Source: an uncultured virus (IMG/VR IMGVR_UViG_3300009503_000028) (lineage: Duplodnaviria > Heunggongvirae > Uroviricota > Caudoviricetes). From it: a stretch of 64,000 nucleotides of DNA. The notes under the pieces were generated by a model. That model worked only from the letters and a program-made list of their open reading frames with translations. It was not told the DNA's origin and searched no databases. Positions 1-8,352 of this stretch are shown here, in pieces; position 1 is the stretch's first letter; every line of letters begins with the position of its first letter. The position numbers and the translations under genes are program-made. The DNA is taken from the IMG/VR virus record IMGVR_UViG_3300009503_000028; one strand, written 5' to 3'.

Positions 1-1
1 A

Positions 2-1810
2 TTGATTTGGTCAGCAGAAAAGCATAAGCAATACTTCGACTATGGGTATTATTATGGATTCAGAGTTAAAGATATCAGAAAAGTAACACCTAAAACTTTG
101 GTAAATATTGTGACTGAAAATCACACATTCTGTTTGCCATATTGTGCTACACACAATACTGTTTGGTTATTCAAAGATAAACCAGTAGCTAAAGATCCAG
201 ATTCTCTCAAACCTGGAGATCCAGAGCCAGCTATTTATGATGTTGTAGTTGGAGCTGGAGAGCCTAGAGGAAAGATGTTTGTAATGACTAGAGGAAAAGC
301 AATATTTGGAGTTCAGAAGCCTTGGTTCCATGAGTACTTTTTGAAAGATGATAAATACTTCAAAGATTGGACTAGGATAGTTGTTAGAGGAATTAGAGCA
401 CAGAAGATAGACCCAACAACTAAAGAACCAATAAAGGGAGAATATGAAACACTATGGAGAACTATGATACCTAAGGACCAAATGCCTTATGCTATTAGCA
501 AGAGAGCTAGAGAGAAGAATTGGAAGCCATCTAAAGACAACAAGTATCCATTTCCTAAGGATTGGGCTCAGAAGAAGTTCCCTGAAGAGTTCAAAGCATA
601 TGAAGAATACTTGAAAACTTTGAAACTTTCTGAAGAGTTGAACAAGGTTAAGTTTACTTTATCACAGCACTCATGGAAAGGACCTGAACATGTTAGAGGA
701 ATGGCAATTAGACAGTGGTATCTATTCATTGATGACAGAGGAAAGGGATCTGTTAGAACATTTAGACTTGAAAGTGTTCCTCCCTTTGATGTCCAGATTC
801 TAGCATGGGATGAAGGTAGAGATGATAGAAAGTATCTAGACTGGAGTGGAAAGACCAAGCCAATGAGTAGGTTCAATCCAAACAAGGAACTGTATGGTGA
901 AATGGTTATACTTCAGAAAGGAACAGTAGACTATAGTACTACTAAAGAAGAAGGTAGAGAAGTGATAACACTAAAGTTTGGAGAAGGACAGTTCCTGTCC
1001 AAAGAATGGAAACTAGAACAGGAAGAAGCTGAAAGTGATGCTTATACACTTTACAAAGTAGAGAAAGAAAACTTAGAGAAAGAATATGAATTTGTGTATC
1101 ATTTGCATTGTGTCCAATCAAAAGATAAATGCCATCATGACATTAGGATTAAGATGGATAGCTATCTTGATGAATTCAACTTATATGGAGATATCAGAGA
1201 ACTCAAACCTGGAGAAGAAGTAAATGCTAGAAGAAAGACATGCCATGAGCCTGAGAAGTGGTTCCTCAAAGAAGGAACAGACATTGAGAGACCTTTGGGA
1301 GATATTATGACTTGGGTAACAGTAATAGATCATGGAAAAGCTAAGATAATAGAAAATACTCCAGACTTTCTGAATCTAATTCTAAACAGTAAAGATTTCA
1401 ACAATGTGCATCTCATAGCTAAGAGAACAGATGGACAGTGGATATTCAGAAGAGAGATAGAAACAAGAGGACTATCGACTGGAGATCCTCTTCATGGTAA
1501 ACCATACTCTCCATTCATTGTCCAGAAGAAAACAACATGGAACTATTTCAGAGTCTATATCTATGATCCAAAAGAGTTCACTAGAAGTGAACCATTGGAG
1601 AAGGTCAAGAAATATCTTCCAGAGTTGAAGATACCAGAAGGAGTCAAAGTATATATTGGATTGTATCCAGTTCCTGGTCAGATACACCATGCTAGAGTTT
1701 TCATGGTAGATTTTCCAGATACATGGAAAGAAGAAGATGCATTCAGATGGATTAGAGAGAACAAGCTACCTCAGTTTGAATCTGTAATGATTAGAGAGTA
1801 TAAGAAATGA
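2..1810 (+). CDS. 5'-truncated large head-module protein with repeated LigD 3'-phosphoesterase-like domains
   Basis: FVYHLH-x7-CHHDIRIK resembles the LigD PE motif FVxQxH...HYDFRLE; related units FTLSQHSW and GVQKPWFHEYFL; lies just upstream of the prohead protease. Confidence 0.45.
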   Translation: MIWSAEKHKQYFDYGYYYGFRVKDIRKVTPKTLVNIVTENHTFCLPYCATHNTVWLFKDKPVAKDPDSLKPGDPEPAIYDVVVGAGEPRGKMFVMTRGKAIFGVQKPWFHEYFLKDDKYFKDWTRIVVRGIRAQKIDPTTKEPIKGEYETLWRTMIPKDQMPYAISKRAREKNWKPSKDNKYPFPKDWAQKKFPEEFKAYEEYLKTLKLSEELNKVKFTLSQHSWKGPEHVRGMAIRQWYLFIDDRGKGSVRTFRLESVPPFDVQILAWDEGRDDRKYLDWSGKTKPMSRFNPNKELYGEMVILQKGTVDYSTTKEEGREVITLKFGEGQFLSKEWKLEQEEAESDAYTLYKVEKENLEKEYEFVYHLHCVQSKDKCHHDIRIKMDSYLDEFNLYGDIRELKPGEEVNARRKTCHEPEKWFLKEGTDIERPLGDIMTWVTVIDHGKAKIIENTPDFLNLILNSKDFNNVHLIAKRTDGQWIFRREIETRGLSTGDPLHGKPYSPFIVQKKTTWNYFRVYIYDPKEFTRSEPLEKVKKYLPELKIPEGVKVYIGLYPVPGQIHHARVFMVDFPDTWKEEDAFRWIRENKLPQFESVMIREYKK

Positions 1811-1938
1811 GTAGAGTTGAGTTACTAGTCCAACTCTCTAAGCTTTTATGCAAAGATTGCAAGGAATCAGATTATGACTTATGTAAGTCCTGTTCAGCAT
1901 ACAACTTGGTCAATACTCTTTTAGAGAAACATTCATAA
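1807..1938 (+). CDS. Small Cys-rich protein (43 aa), not in the ORF track
   Basis: ATG overlaps the upstream stop (ATGA); MSRVELLVQLSKLLCKDCKESDYDLCKSC..., two CxxC pairs. Confidence 0.5.
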   Translation: MSRVELLVQLSKLLCKDCKESDYDLCKSCSAYNLVNTLLEKHS

Positions 1939-1972
1939 GTCTAAAGGATAGGATACTCTATTGGTGTTCAAT

Positions 1973-3430
1973 ATGTCTGAATCTATACTGCAAGAGAGTC
2001 TTGCTGAAAATACTGAGCTAAGGAAGAAACTTTCCGAACTAGAAAGAAGGATCGAAAGTATTGAAGGTTTCCACTCTAACATCCAAATATTGTCTGAGAA
2101 GCCTATGGTTATAACTGGAGTTCTAATCTCAGAAGGAGTCTGGAAAGGTATAAAGTATGATTACAATGAAATGAAGAAAGCACTTGACAAGTTCAAGAAT
2201 CTGCCAGTTAAAGCGATGCATAGCAAATCAGATGAGTTTGGAGATAAAGAACTTGGAAAGGTTATTCAGGTAGGGAAAGATGATCTACTCAAAGCTCTAA
2301 CCTTCAAAGCTGAGATAACTGATGAGAAAGCTCAACAACTAATAAAAGATGGAGTATTCAATGCAGTATCTATAGCTGGAAGTTTCAAAGAACTTACAAA
2401 TGAGACTCCTCCAGTCGGTATGGGATATGAACCACTGGAAGTATCTCTAACTGGTTCTCCAGCATGTAGCAATTGTTATATCTTTAGTGTAGAAGAACTC
2501 TCTAAGAGCTTTGAAGAGAAAGCTTTAAGTAAAGATGCAACTCCTAAAAATGTAGGTGAACAAAATATGTCAGTAGAAAGTAAAACTCAGGAAGTTAAAG
2601 AAACCAAACCACAAGAAGATCTTGTAGAGATCAAAGAGAACCAGGTTCTTGTTACACCTGAAAACTTTGAAGAACTTGCTGAAGATTCAGAGTTTGATTT
2701 CCAAATAGTTGGAATGGACAATCTAACTCAAGAACTAGCTAAAGCAGTGAAGAAAAAAGCAGTAGTTAAAGTTCCTGGAAATAAATATCCAAAGGTTGCT
2801 TTGAAAGGAACCAAGAAAGGTGGAAGACCAGTATTGAAATATCCATACTATTATGGTTATCCATACTACTATTACTATGGATATCCATACTATGAGTACT
2901 ATGGTTATGGTTATCCAAGCTATGGAAGTCTTGAAGAAATCCTCGATGTCCTTGAACTTGCAGAGAACTATAGAACATTCATGAAGAAATGTATGAAGGA
3001 AAAAGGAGGAGGACCTGATGCTCTCAAGGAATGTGCTGCTGAGTGGAAGAAACAACAGAAAGCTGAAGAAGAACAGAAACCTAAAGAGGAAGTTAAACTA
3101 GAGAAAAAAGAAGAAGTGAAAGAAATGAATAACAAAGAAGAGCCCAAGACAGAAACTAAACAAGAACTAGCTAAGATAAAGTGCCCAGTATGTGGTAAAG
3201 AGTTTCCAGACAAGAAAGCATTCTTGAAGCACTGGAAAGAGGAACATGAAGAGAAGTATGGAGCATACAAGCTTATCAAGAAACTTATAGTCCAGGAAGG
3301 GCTCATACCTACTTTCAAGCATGTCATTGAACTAGCTGGAGAAGAAACTGAGGAAGAGAAGAAGGAAGCTCCTAAGAAACTTACCCCTGAAGAGATTGCT
3401 GAAGCAATAATCAGGGAGTCTAAGAAATGA
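1973..3430 (+). CDS. Prohead protease fused to a scaffold region with a Tyr-rich tract and a C2H2 zinc finger
   Basis: ITGVLISEGVW, LPVKAMH, AVSIAG and EVSLTGSPAC motifs of HK97/Mu-type proteases; Glu/Lys-rich C-terminus; CPVCGKEF-x8-HWKEEH; two genes upstream of the capsid gene. Confidence 0.8.
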   Translation: MSESILQESLAENTELRKKLSELERRIESIEGFHSNIQILSEKPMVITGVLISEGVWKGIKYDYNEMKKALDKFKNLPVKAMHSKSDEFGDKELGKVIQVGKDDLLKALTFKAEITDEKAQQLIKDGVFNAVSIAGSFKELTNETPPVGMGYEPLEVSLTGSPACSNCYIFSVEELSKSFEEKALSKDATPKNVGEQNMSVESKTQEVKETKPQEDLVEIKENQVLVTPENFEELAEDSEFDFQIVGMDNLTQELAKAVKKKAVVKVPGNKYPKVALKGTKKGGRPVLKYPYYYGYPYYYYYGYPYYEYYGYGYPSYGSLEEILDVLELAENYRTFMKKCMKEKGGGPDALKECAAEWKKQQKAEEEQKPKEEVKLEKKEEVKEMNNKEEPKTETKQELAKIKCPVCGKEFPDKKAFLKHWKEEHEEKYGAYKLIKKLIVQEGLIPTFKHVIELAGEETEEEKKEAPKKLTPEEIAEAIIRESKK

Positions 3431-3645
3431 GTGAAAACTTAGAAAACATCCTACTTGAGAAGCTCAGACCTCTAATCAAACAGATCTTCAAGGAAGAACT
3501 TGAAGCTCTGAAGACAGAAAAGCCATCATCCCCTCTTTTGTCTGTTTCACAACCTGAAAGTACCAAGCTGTCCGAAAGCTTGGAAGACAAGATAAATAGA
3601 GTAGCTGATTTTATTATACAACACAAAAGAGAACTTGGCTTCTAA
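3427..3645 (+). CDS. Small helical protein, probably scaffold-associated
   Basis: ATGA overlap with the protease stop; sits between protease and capsid genes. Confidence 0.5.
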   Translation: MSENLENILLEKLRPLIKQIFKEELEALKTEKPSSPLLSVSQPESTKLSESLEDKINRVADFIIQHKRELGF

Positions 3646-3695
3646 GGGACAAGACTTAAGTATTCCATAGGTCTCTTCTTTCTTGGTGGTTTAGG

Positions 3696-4757
3696 ATGGA
3701 AACCAAGATAGAACAACTTCAATTGCTGCCAAGTCAGGTTGAAGCTATCACACCAAAGAACATAGCTGATATTATCCTTGAGATCAGACGTGAGAAAGCA
3801 GTATGGGCTCAACTGTACAAAGAGAACAGAGATCTAATGAAGAATGGTGGGGACTATGTAATATTCCCAAAGAAAGCTTCTGGTATAACGGTCCAAGAGA
3901 ACATGACTGCTCTGCAGTCTCTAAATGCTTCTAACATAACTTACAGTGCAGTAACAATATCAATTGCAAAGCATGGTATTGGGATAGGAATAGCTGGAGA
4001 ATCAATTAGGAAAGCAATGAGAGATGTTGTTGCAGACCAGATTAGAGAAGCTGGACTTGTATGGTCAGATCTGGAAGATAGACTTGCTCTCCAAGCAGTC
4101 TTCCCATTAGCTACTACAATAGTAGCAGGTTCTTCTACAGTTGCTGCTGCTGGACCAATTGTTGGAATCTACTATGCATCCTCGAATGTAGCAAGTATTA
4201 TAAATACTTCAACTAGTGGATCCATTGTCTTCTCTGGTGCTGGTAATGGAACATGCTCATACTGGTATGTTCCAAGTGGTGTTGTTACAGTACCAACTTC
4301 AGGTTCAATAACTGCTAAAGATGTAGTAGTTGCAAGAGGAAAGATGCAGAACAACATAGTTTCTCCAAGTGTTATAATGAGTCCACCTGAAAGACTTGTA
4401 GATATAATCTATGACCCAGCTGCTAAATTCATAGAACAAGCTAAGTCGATTGGTGAAGGTGTACCATATAACTTCCAGATTGGAAAACTGTGGGACATGA
4501 ACTTCATAGTTTCAGGTCGTGTTCCAAAGCTTGGTGTAGTTCTAATAGATCCAAACTACTTTGGATACAAAGTTATCAGAGAAGACCTCAGACTCCAGAG
4601 AGATGAAGTAACTGGAATGAAACAGGATGCTTTGTTCTACTGGGGATTCGGAGAATTCGGATATGGTAATGTAACAACTGATGCATATGGTGTTGTCTAT
4701 CTTACTGGAACATTTTCAGTAAGTGATGTGACAACTGTCTTCTACAAGAATCCATGA
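3696..4757 (+). CDS. Major capsid protein (HK97 fold)
   Basis: 353 aa; position after protease/scaffold; IGKLWDMNFIVS (GxxxGxxV-like) motif; own TATA-like site upstream and hairpin downstream. Confidence 0.8.
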   Translation: METKIEQLQLLPSQVEAITPKNIADIILEIRREKAVWAQLYKENRDLMKNGGDYVIFPKKASGITVQENMTALQSLNASNITYSAVTISIAKHGIGIGIAGESIRKAMRDVVADQIREAGLVWSDLEDRLALQAVFPLATTIVAGSSTVAAAGPIVGIYYASSNVASIINTSTSGSIVFSGAGNGTCSYWYVPSGVVTVPTSGSITAKDVVVARGKMQNNIVSPSVIMSPPERLVDIIYDPAAKFIEQAKSIGEGVPYNFQIGKLWDMNFIVSGRVPKLGVVLIDPNYFGYKVIREDLRLQRDEVTGMKQDALFYWGFGEFGYGNVTTDAYGVVYLTGTFSVSDVTTVFYKNP

Positions 4758-4776
4758 TAGCTTCCCTATTTCGTAT

Positions 4777-4804
4777 ACCCTATACCTCTTTGAAGGTATA
4801 GGGT
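4777..4804 (+). terminator. Stem-loop after the capsid gene, followed by a pyrimidine tract
   Basis: ACCCTATACCT-ctttga-AGGTATAGGGT, 11-bp perfect inverted repeat, then a T/C-rich run. Confidence 0.6.
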
Positions 4805-4845
4805 TTATATCTTTCTTTCTCCCTTTCTTGTTCTAGGTGTATAAT

Positions 4846-5505
4846 ATGTGGACAAATGCTGAAATAGTTAGGAAGATTCTCGGTTTGACAGTTGATGAAG
4901 TATCTGATGATGACCTAGAATACTATATAGAAGATGCTCAGAGAGACATCTTCAACCAGATAACAGAATACCATGAACATGATAGACTAATAGGTTCAAT
5001 AGATGGAATAAATACTGTTTACAAGTTTAACTATCCATATTTGGCAGATAGTGATTTTGATGGTGTCCCAGACATAAAGGTATATGTCTGGGTTAAAGAT
5101 TCAATAGCTGGTCAAGCATTAGTTACTACAATAGATCTTTTGAACAACAGAGTAACACTTTATGCTGCTCCAAGTTCTAATGCTAGTCAGGTTACTGCCT
5201 GCTACTATACCTATCCTTCACTTATTGATACTAACAGACTCCCAAGGATAACAGGTCTTCTAGCTGCATACTATTATGCTATGTCTGAGTTTGCTCTAAT
5301 ACCTGAACAGTGGTTCCATGGTGCATACAGGTTCACATTTGAGAAACAGTTCAATAGATTGTTAGATGAATACTATAGAGAAGTTCAGACACTAATTAGG
5401 AGAGAGCATAGGATGGGAACATTTGGTGTAGTAGAATACTATCCAGCTACTATTGTCATGGGATCTGTACCTTCAGAATATTACTATTATGTTCCTCCAA
5501 CCTAA
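4846..5505 (+). CDS. Head-tail adaptor (gp6/gp15-like) with an inserted beta domain
   Basis: WTNAEIVRKILG...SDDDLEYYIEDAQ is a typical adaptor N-terminus; follows the capsid gene. Confidence 0.7.
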   Translation: MWTNAEIVRKILGLTVDEVSDDDLEYYIEDAQRDIFNQITEYHEHDRLIGSIDGINTVYKFNYPYLADSDFDGVPDIKVYVWVKDSIAGQALVTTIDLLNNRVTLYAAPSSNASQVTACYYTYPSLIDTNRLPRITGLLAAYYYAMSEFALIPEQWFHGAYRFTFEKQFNRLLDEYYREVQTLIRREHRMGTFGVVEYYPATIVMGSVPSEYYYYVPPT

Positions 5506-5517
5506 GGAGAGATAGAT

Positions 5518-5862
5518 ATGAGATTTACATCTCTTAGGAAGACAATGAGAAAATATGGGGAAGAAGCTCAGTTGAAGAAGAGAATAGAGAAGAAAGTAGA
5601 CTATCAGACTACTTTTGACTATTCTGATCCAGTTCTAATAATAGGACAGTTTTTACAGATTATGCCTTATGATGTACAGTATTCTCCGTTTGGAAGAACT
5701 CAGACTGGAGACTGGCTTGCAACTTTCAAGCCAGAAACTGACATTTCAGAAGGAGACCTGATTATTTTGAATGGAGATACTTTAGAGGTCCAGAATGTAA
5801 TACTCAGAAAACATGCTGGAAAGACAATATATATAGAAGCATTGTTGAGGAAGAAACAATGA
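5518..5862 (+). CDS. Head closure (gp16/FII-like) protein
   Basis: 114 aa, beta-rich, DISEGDLI..GDTLEVQNV motif; synteny. Confidence 0.65.
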   Translation: MRFTSLRKTMRKYGEEAQLKKRIEKKVDYQTTFDYSDPVLIIGQFLQIMPYDVQYSPFGRTQTGDWLATFKPETDISEGDLIILNGDTLEVQNVILRKHAGKTIYIEALLRKKQ

Positions 5863-6302
5863 TAGAAGTTTCAGTCTCTGGTCTAGAACAGTTACAGTCT
5901 CTAATAGGTAGACTTTCTTGGTTGCCTAGCTTGAAGGACCAGATTGACCAGATATTCCATGATGTTATGTTAGAGTTCTACCAGAGTATTCTCCAGGATC
6001 CATACATTCCAGAGAAGTATAAGAAAGGAATAATATATGTATGGCAGCCTGGTCTTTTCATTATTACTTATTTTGTAGAACCAGAGTGGAAAAAGAAAGA
6101 ACAGGAAGGAAAGCTAACTAGAGTAGAATGGGTAGTCTATAGATGTATTAAAAGAGGATATTGGGGAGGAGAAATGAAAGGAGTTCCAGAATATACTGAA
6201 GCAACATATATTGAAGATAAGTGGAATGCTGAAAAAGACACATACATTAATATGCTCAAAGAGAGAATAGTATCTTTGATTAGGAGTGTGTTGACAGTAT
6301 AA
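5859..6302 (+). CDS. Neck / tail completion protein (HK97 gp10-like)
   Basis: IEVSVSGLEQL N-terminus; synteny. Confidence 0.55.
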   Translation: MIEVSVSGLEQLQSLIGRLSWLPSLKDQIDQIFHDVMLEFYQSILQDPYIPEKYKKGIIYVWQPGLFIITYFVEPEWKKKEQEGKLTRVEWVVYRCIKRGYWGGEMKGVPEYTEATYIEDKWNAEKDTYINMLKERIVSLIRSVLTV

Positions 6303-6997
6303 TGTCAAGCTTTGAAAATATCAAATTAATGCTTACTAATAGTATAGATACTTGTCTGAAACCTTATGTTGGTCTTTCAGGAAGTATCTCTTTTTCTGGA
6401 ACTGTCATCCAGACTTTTGTTCCTCTTGCTTCAAGTATCAGTACATTGGAAATATATTCTGGAGGAGGACAGTTTACTGTTAGTTTCCTGGGTGCAACAC
6501 TTCCAATTTCAAATCCTGGTTGGATACCTATAGCACAGAATATTCAAGTTACAAGTTGCCAGGAATATACTATTTCAGTCTGTGGTTCTGGAACTATAGG
6601 GACTGGAAATATATACTATGGTGGGACATGTAGCTTGGGATTTCCAATAGCTTTCAGAGCACACTGTGGAGATATTGCTGTTCCAGTATATAGTTTTGAA
6701 CTTATAGACATTCAGGATTTGCCTAAGATTGCAGTTGAGTACTGGGGAAGAACTAGAATTGTTACTGAATATCTCTCAGGGCATATGCTTGTTGAAGATA
6801 CTGTATCATTGGAAATATATTCAAGATATCCAAGTGAGATAGATACAATAGTTTCTATCTTGGAAGAATACTTCAAAGAAAACTATGAATTTCCAGGTCT
6901 TCTACATGTTGACATCGTAGGGATAGAACCAATAATGCTAACAAGAGAAGAAATATTCACTAGAAGAATTAGACTAAGTTTGCTGAGGAGAGTATAG
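6302..6997 (+). CDS. Tail terminator-like protein with an inserted Gly/Ser-rich beta domain
   Basis: LPKIAV and VSLEIYS in the C-terminal half; lies before the tail tube gene. Confidence 0.55.
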   Translation: MSSFENIKLMLTNSIDTCLKPYVGLSGSISFSGTVIQTFVPLASSISTLEIYSGGGQFTVSFLGATLPISNPGWIPIAQNIQVTSCQEYTISVCGSGTIGTGNIYYGGTCSLGFPIAFRAHCGDIAVPVYSFELIDIQDLPKIAVEYWGRTRIVTEYLSGHMLVEDTVSLEIYSRYPSEIDTIVSILEEYFKENYEFPGLLHVDIVGIEPIMLTREEIFTRRIRLSLLRRV

Positions 6998-7048
6998 AAA
7001 GTAAGGTTTAAGTGTTAGATACTTCAATGTTTTGTTTAGGTGATTGAA

Positions 7049-7804
7049 ATGGCAAGGTATCTAGACCTAACTGCTACAGCTGTAGACACTGGCACAATAA
7101 ATATCAACTTTCCAACTAGAGCAGAATTTAGGATTAGGAAGGAGTATTTTGAAGACTATATTCTAGGTGGAGGAAGATTTGATGCTGTTAGAGGTCTAAC
7201 TAGAATCCGACCAGAACTAACTATTGAATATGAACCTGCTGGTTTCGTACTTCTACAGAAAGCAACTCAAATGACAGTTCCACAATATACTGCTAGAGTT
7301 AATGTAGATGGAACTAACATATCTGTCCAAGGTGCACTTATAGATACTTGGGAAATAACATGTGAAGAAGGGAGAGCTGCAGTAGTCACTATGGGGTTGG
7401 TTGGAACTCTCCAAGCTTCTGATGCTCCTGTCCAGGTTTCTCCCAACTTCAGTCTAACAGTTCCAACAATATCTAATAGCAATGTTACTATTGGAGGTTC
7501 AGCTGCAAATGTAAATAGATGGAATGTTAGAGTCAACAACAACTGTCAACCACTGTATTATGGAAATACTGTTCCAGCTACTATTCAAGCTCAAGCTTGT
7601 CAGATAACTGGAAGACTGAGATTCCTCCAGTATCAAATTCCAACTGAAGGGACAATAGTAATTAATACTCCAGCAGGAACAATTACTCTATCAGGAGTCA
7701 AGTTTGAAGAAATACCTCCAAGTGCTAGAGGATGGGAAGTCCCAGAGACTGAAGTATCTTTCAGAGCAAGTTCAATAAATGTAACTACATCAAACTACAA
7801 CTAG
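7049..7804 (+). CDS. Major tail tube protein
   Basis: Beta-rich, about 250 aa; own TATA-like site (tttaagt near 7007) and AGGTGA SD; precedes chaperone and tape measure genes. Confidence 0.7.
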   Translation: MARYLDLTATAVDTGTININFPTRAEFRIRKEYFEDYILGGGRFDAVRGLTRIRPELTIEYEPAGFVLLQKATQMTVPQYTARVNVDGTNISVQGALIDTWEITCEEGRAAVVTMGLVGTLQASDAPVQVSPNFSLTVPTISNSNVTIGGSAANVNRWNVRVNNNCQPLYYGNTVPATIQAQACQITGRLRFLQYQIPTEGTIVINTPAGTITLSGVKFEEIPPSARGWEVPETEVSFRASSINVTTSNYN

Positions 7805-7810
7805 TGATAG

Positions 7811-8188
7811 GTGATGATAGACAAACTTAAAGGAATAAGTGGAACAATAAGCACAGACCTTCCAGAACCATTTAACAAAATAGTTGTCAAGACACCTTCT
7901 GCTAAGGACAGGTTTGAATCTTATCATGATTTTAAGAGATTACCATACTCTCAGGATCTACCTGAAGATATGAGACTTGCAGAGCAGTCTAAGCTTCTAG
8001 CTTGGCACATGATAATAGAACCAAAAGTAACTTTTGAACAGTATCTAGAAATGGATGACATGGTTGTTAATGTTATTACTGGGAAAATACTGAACTGGTA
8101 TAACAATCAGATGCAGGAATATATGAAAGAACTAGATTTTTTACCAGTGAGGAGAGGTTCCTCTCAGACACCTTCTACTTCTTCTTAG
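7811..8188 (+). CDS. Tail assembly chaperone (lambda G-like)
   Basis: Between tail tube and tape measure; slippery heptamer near the 3' end. Confidence 0.75.
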   Translation: MMIDKLKGISGTISTDLPEPFNKIVVKTPSAKDRFESYHDFKRLPYSQDLPEDMRLAEQSKLLAWHMIIEPKVTFEQYLEMDDMVVNVITGKILNWYNNQMQEYMKELDFLPVRRGSSQTPSTSS

Positions 8189-8352
8189 AGAACTGTAATT
8201 ATGATGTGGACAAGGCTATGGAAATCTTTGAGAAGTATAATGACACTACTCTCCTATGGCTAGCAAGAAAACTTAGAGAAAAACAGAGAGAGATTTCAAA
8301 GGAATCAAGTCCAGGAGTAGTTGAAGAACGTAAGGAGGTATTCTTTAGATGA
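8137..8352 (+). CDS. -1 frameshift extension of the tail chaperone (GT-like product)
   Basis: T-TTT-TTA at 8137-8143; the -1 frame is open for 69 codons (TSEERFLSDTFYFFLENC...KEVFFR) and ends at TGA 8350-8352 overlapping the tape measure ATG. Confidence 0.8.
   Translation, partial: FFTSEERFLSDTFYFFLENCNYDVDKAMEIFEKYNDTTLLWLARKLREKQREISKESSPGVVEERKEVFFR

Noticed and set aside
1813..1837. AGAGTTG/CAACTCT hairpin as a terminator
   Set aside because: Only 7 bp, no T-tract, and it lies inside a plausible small ORF
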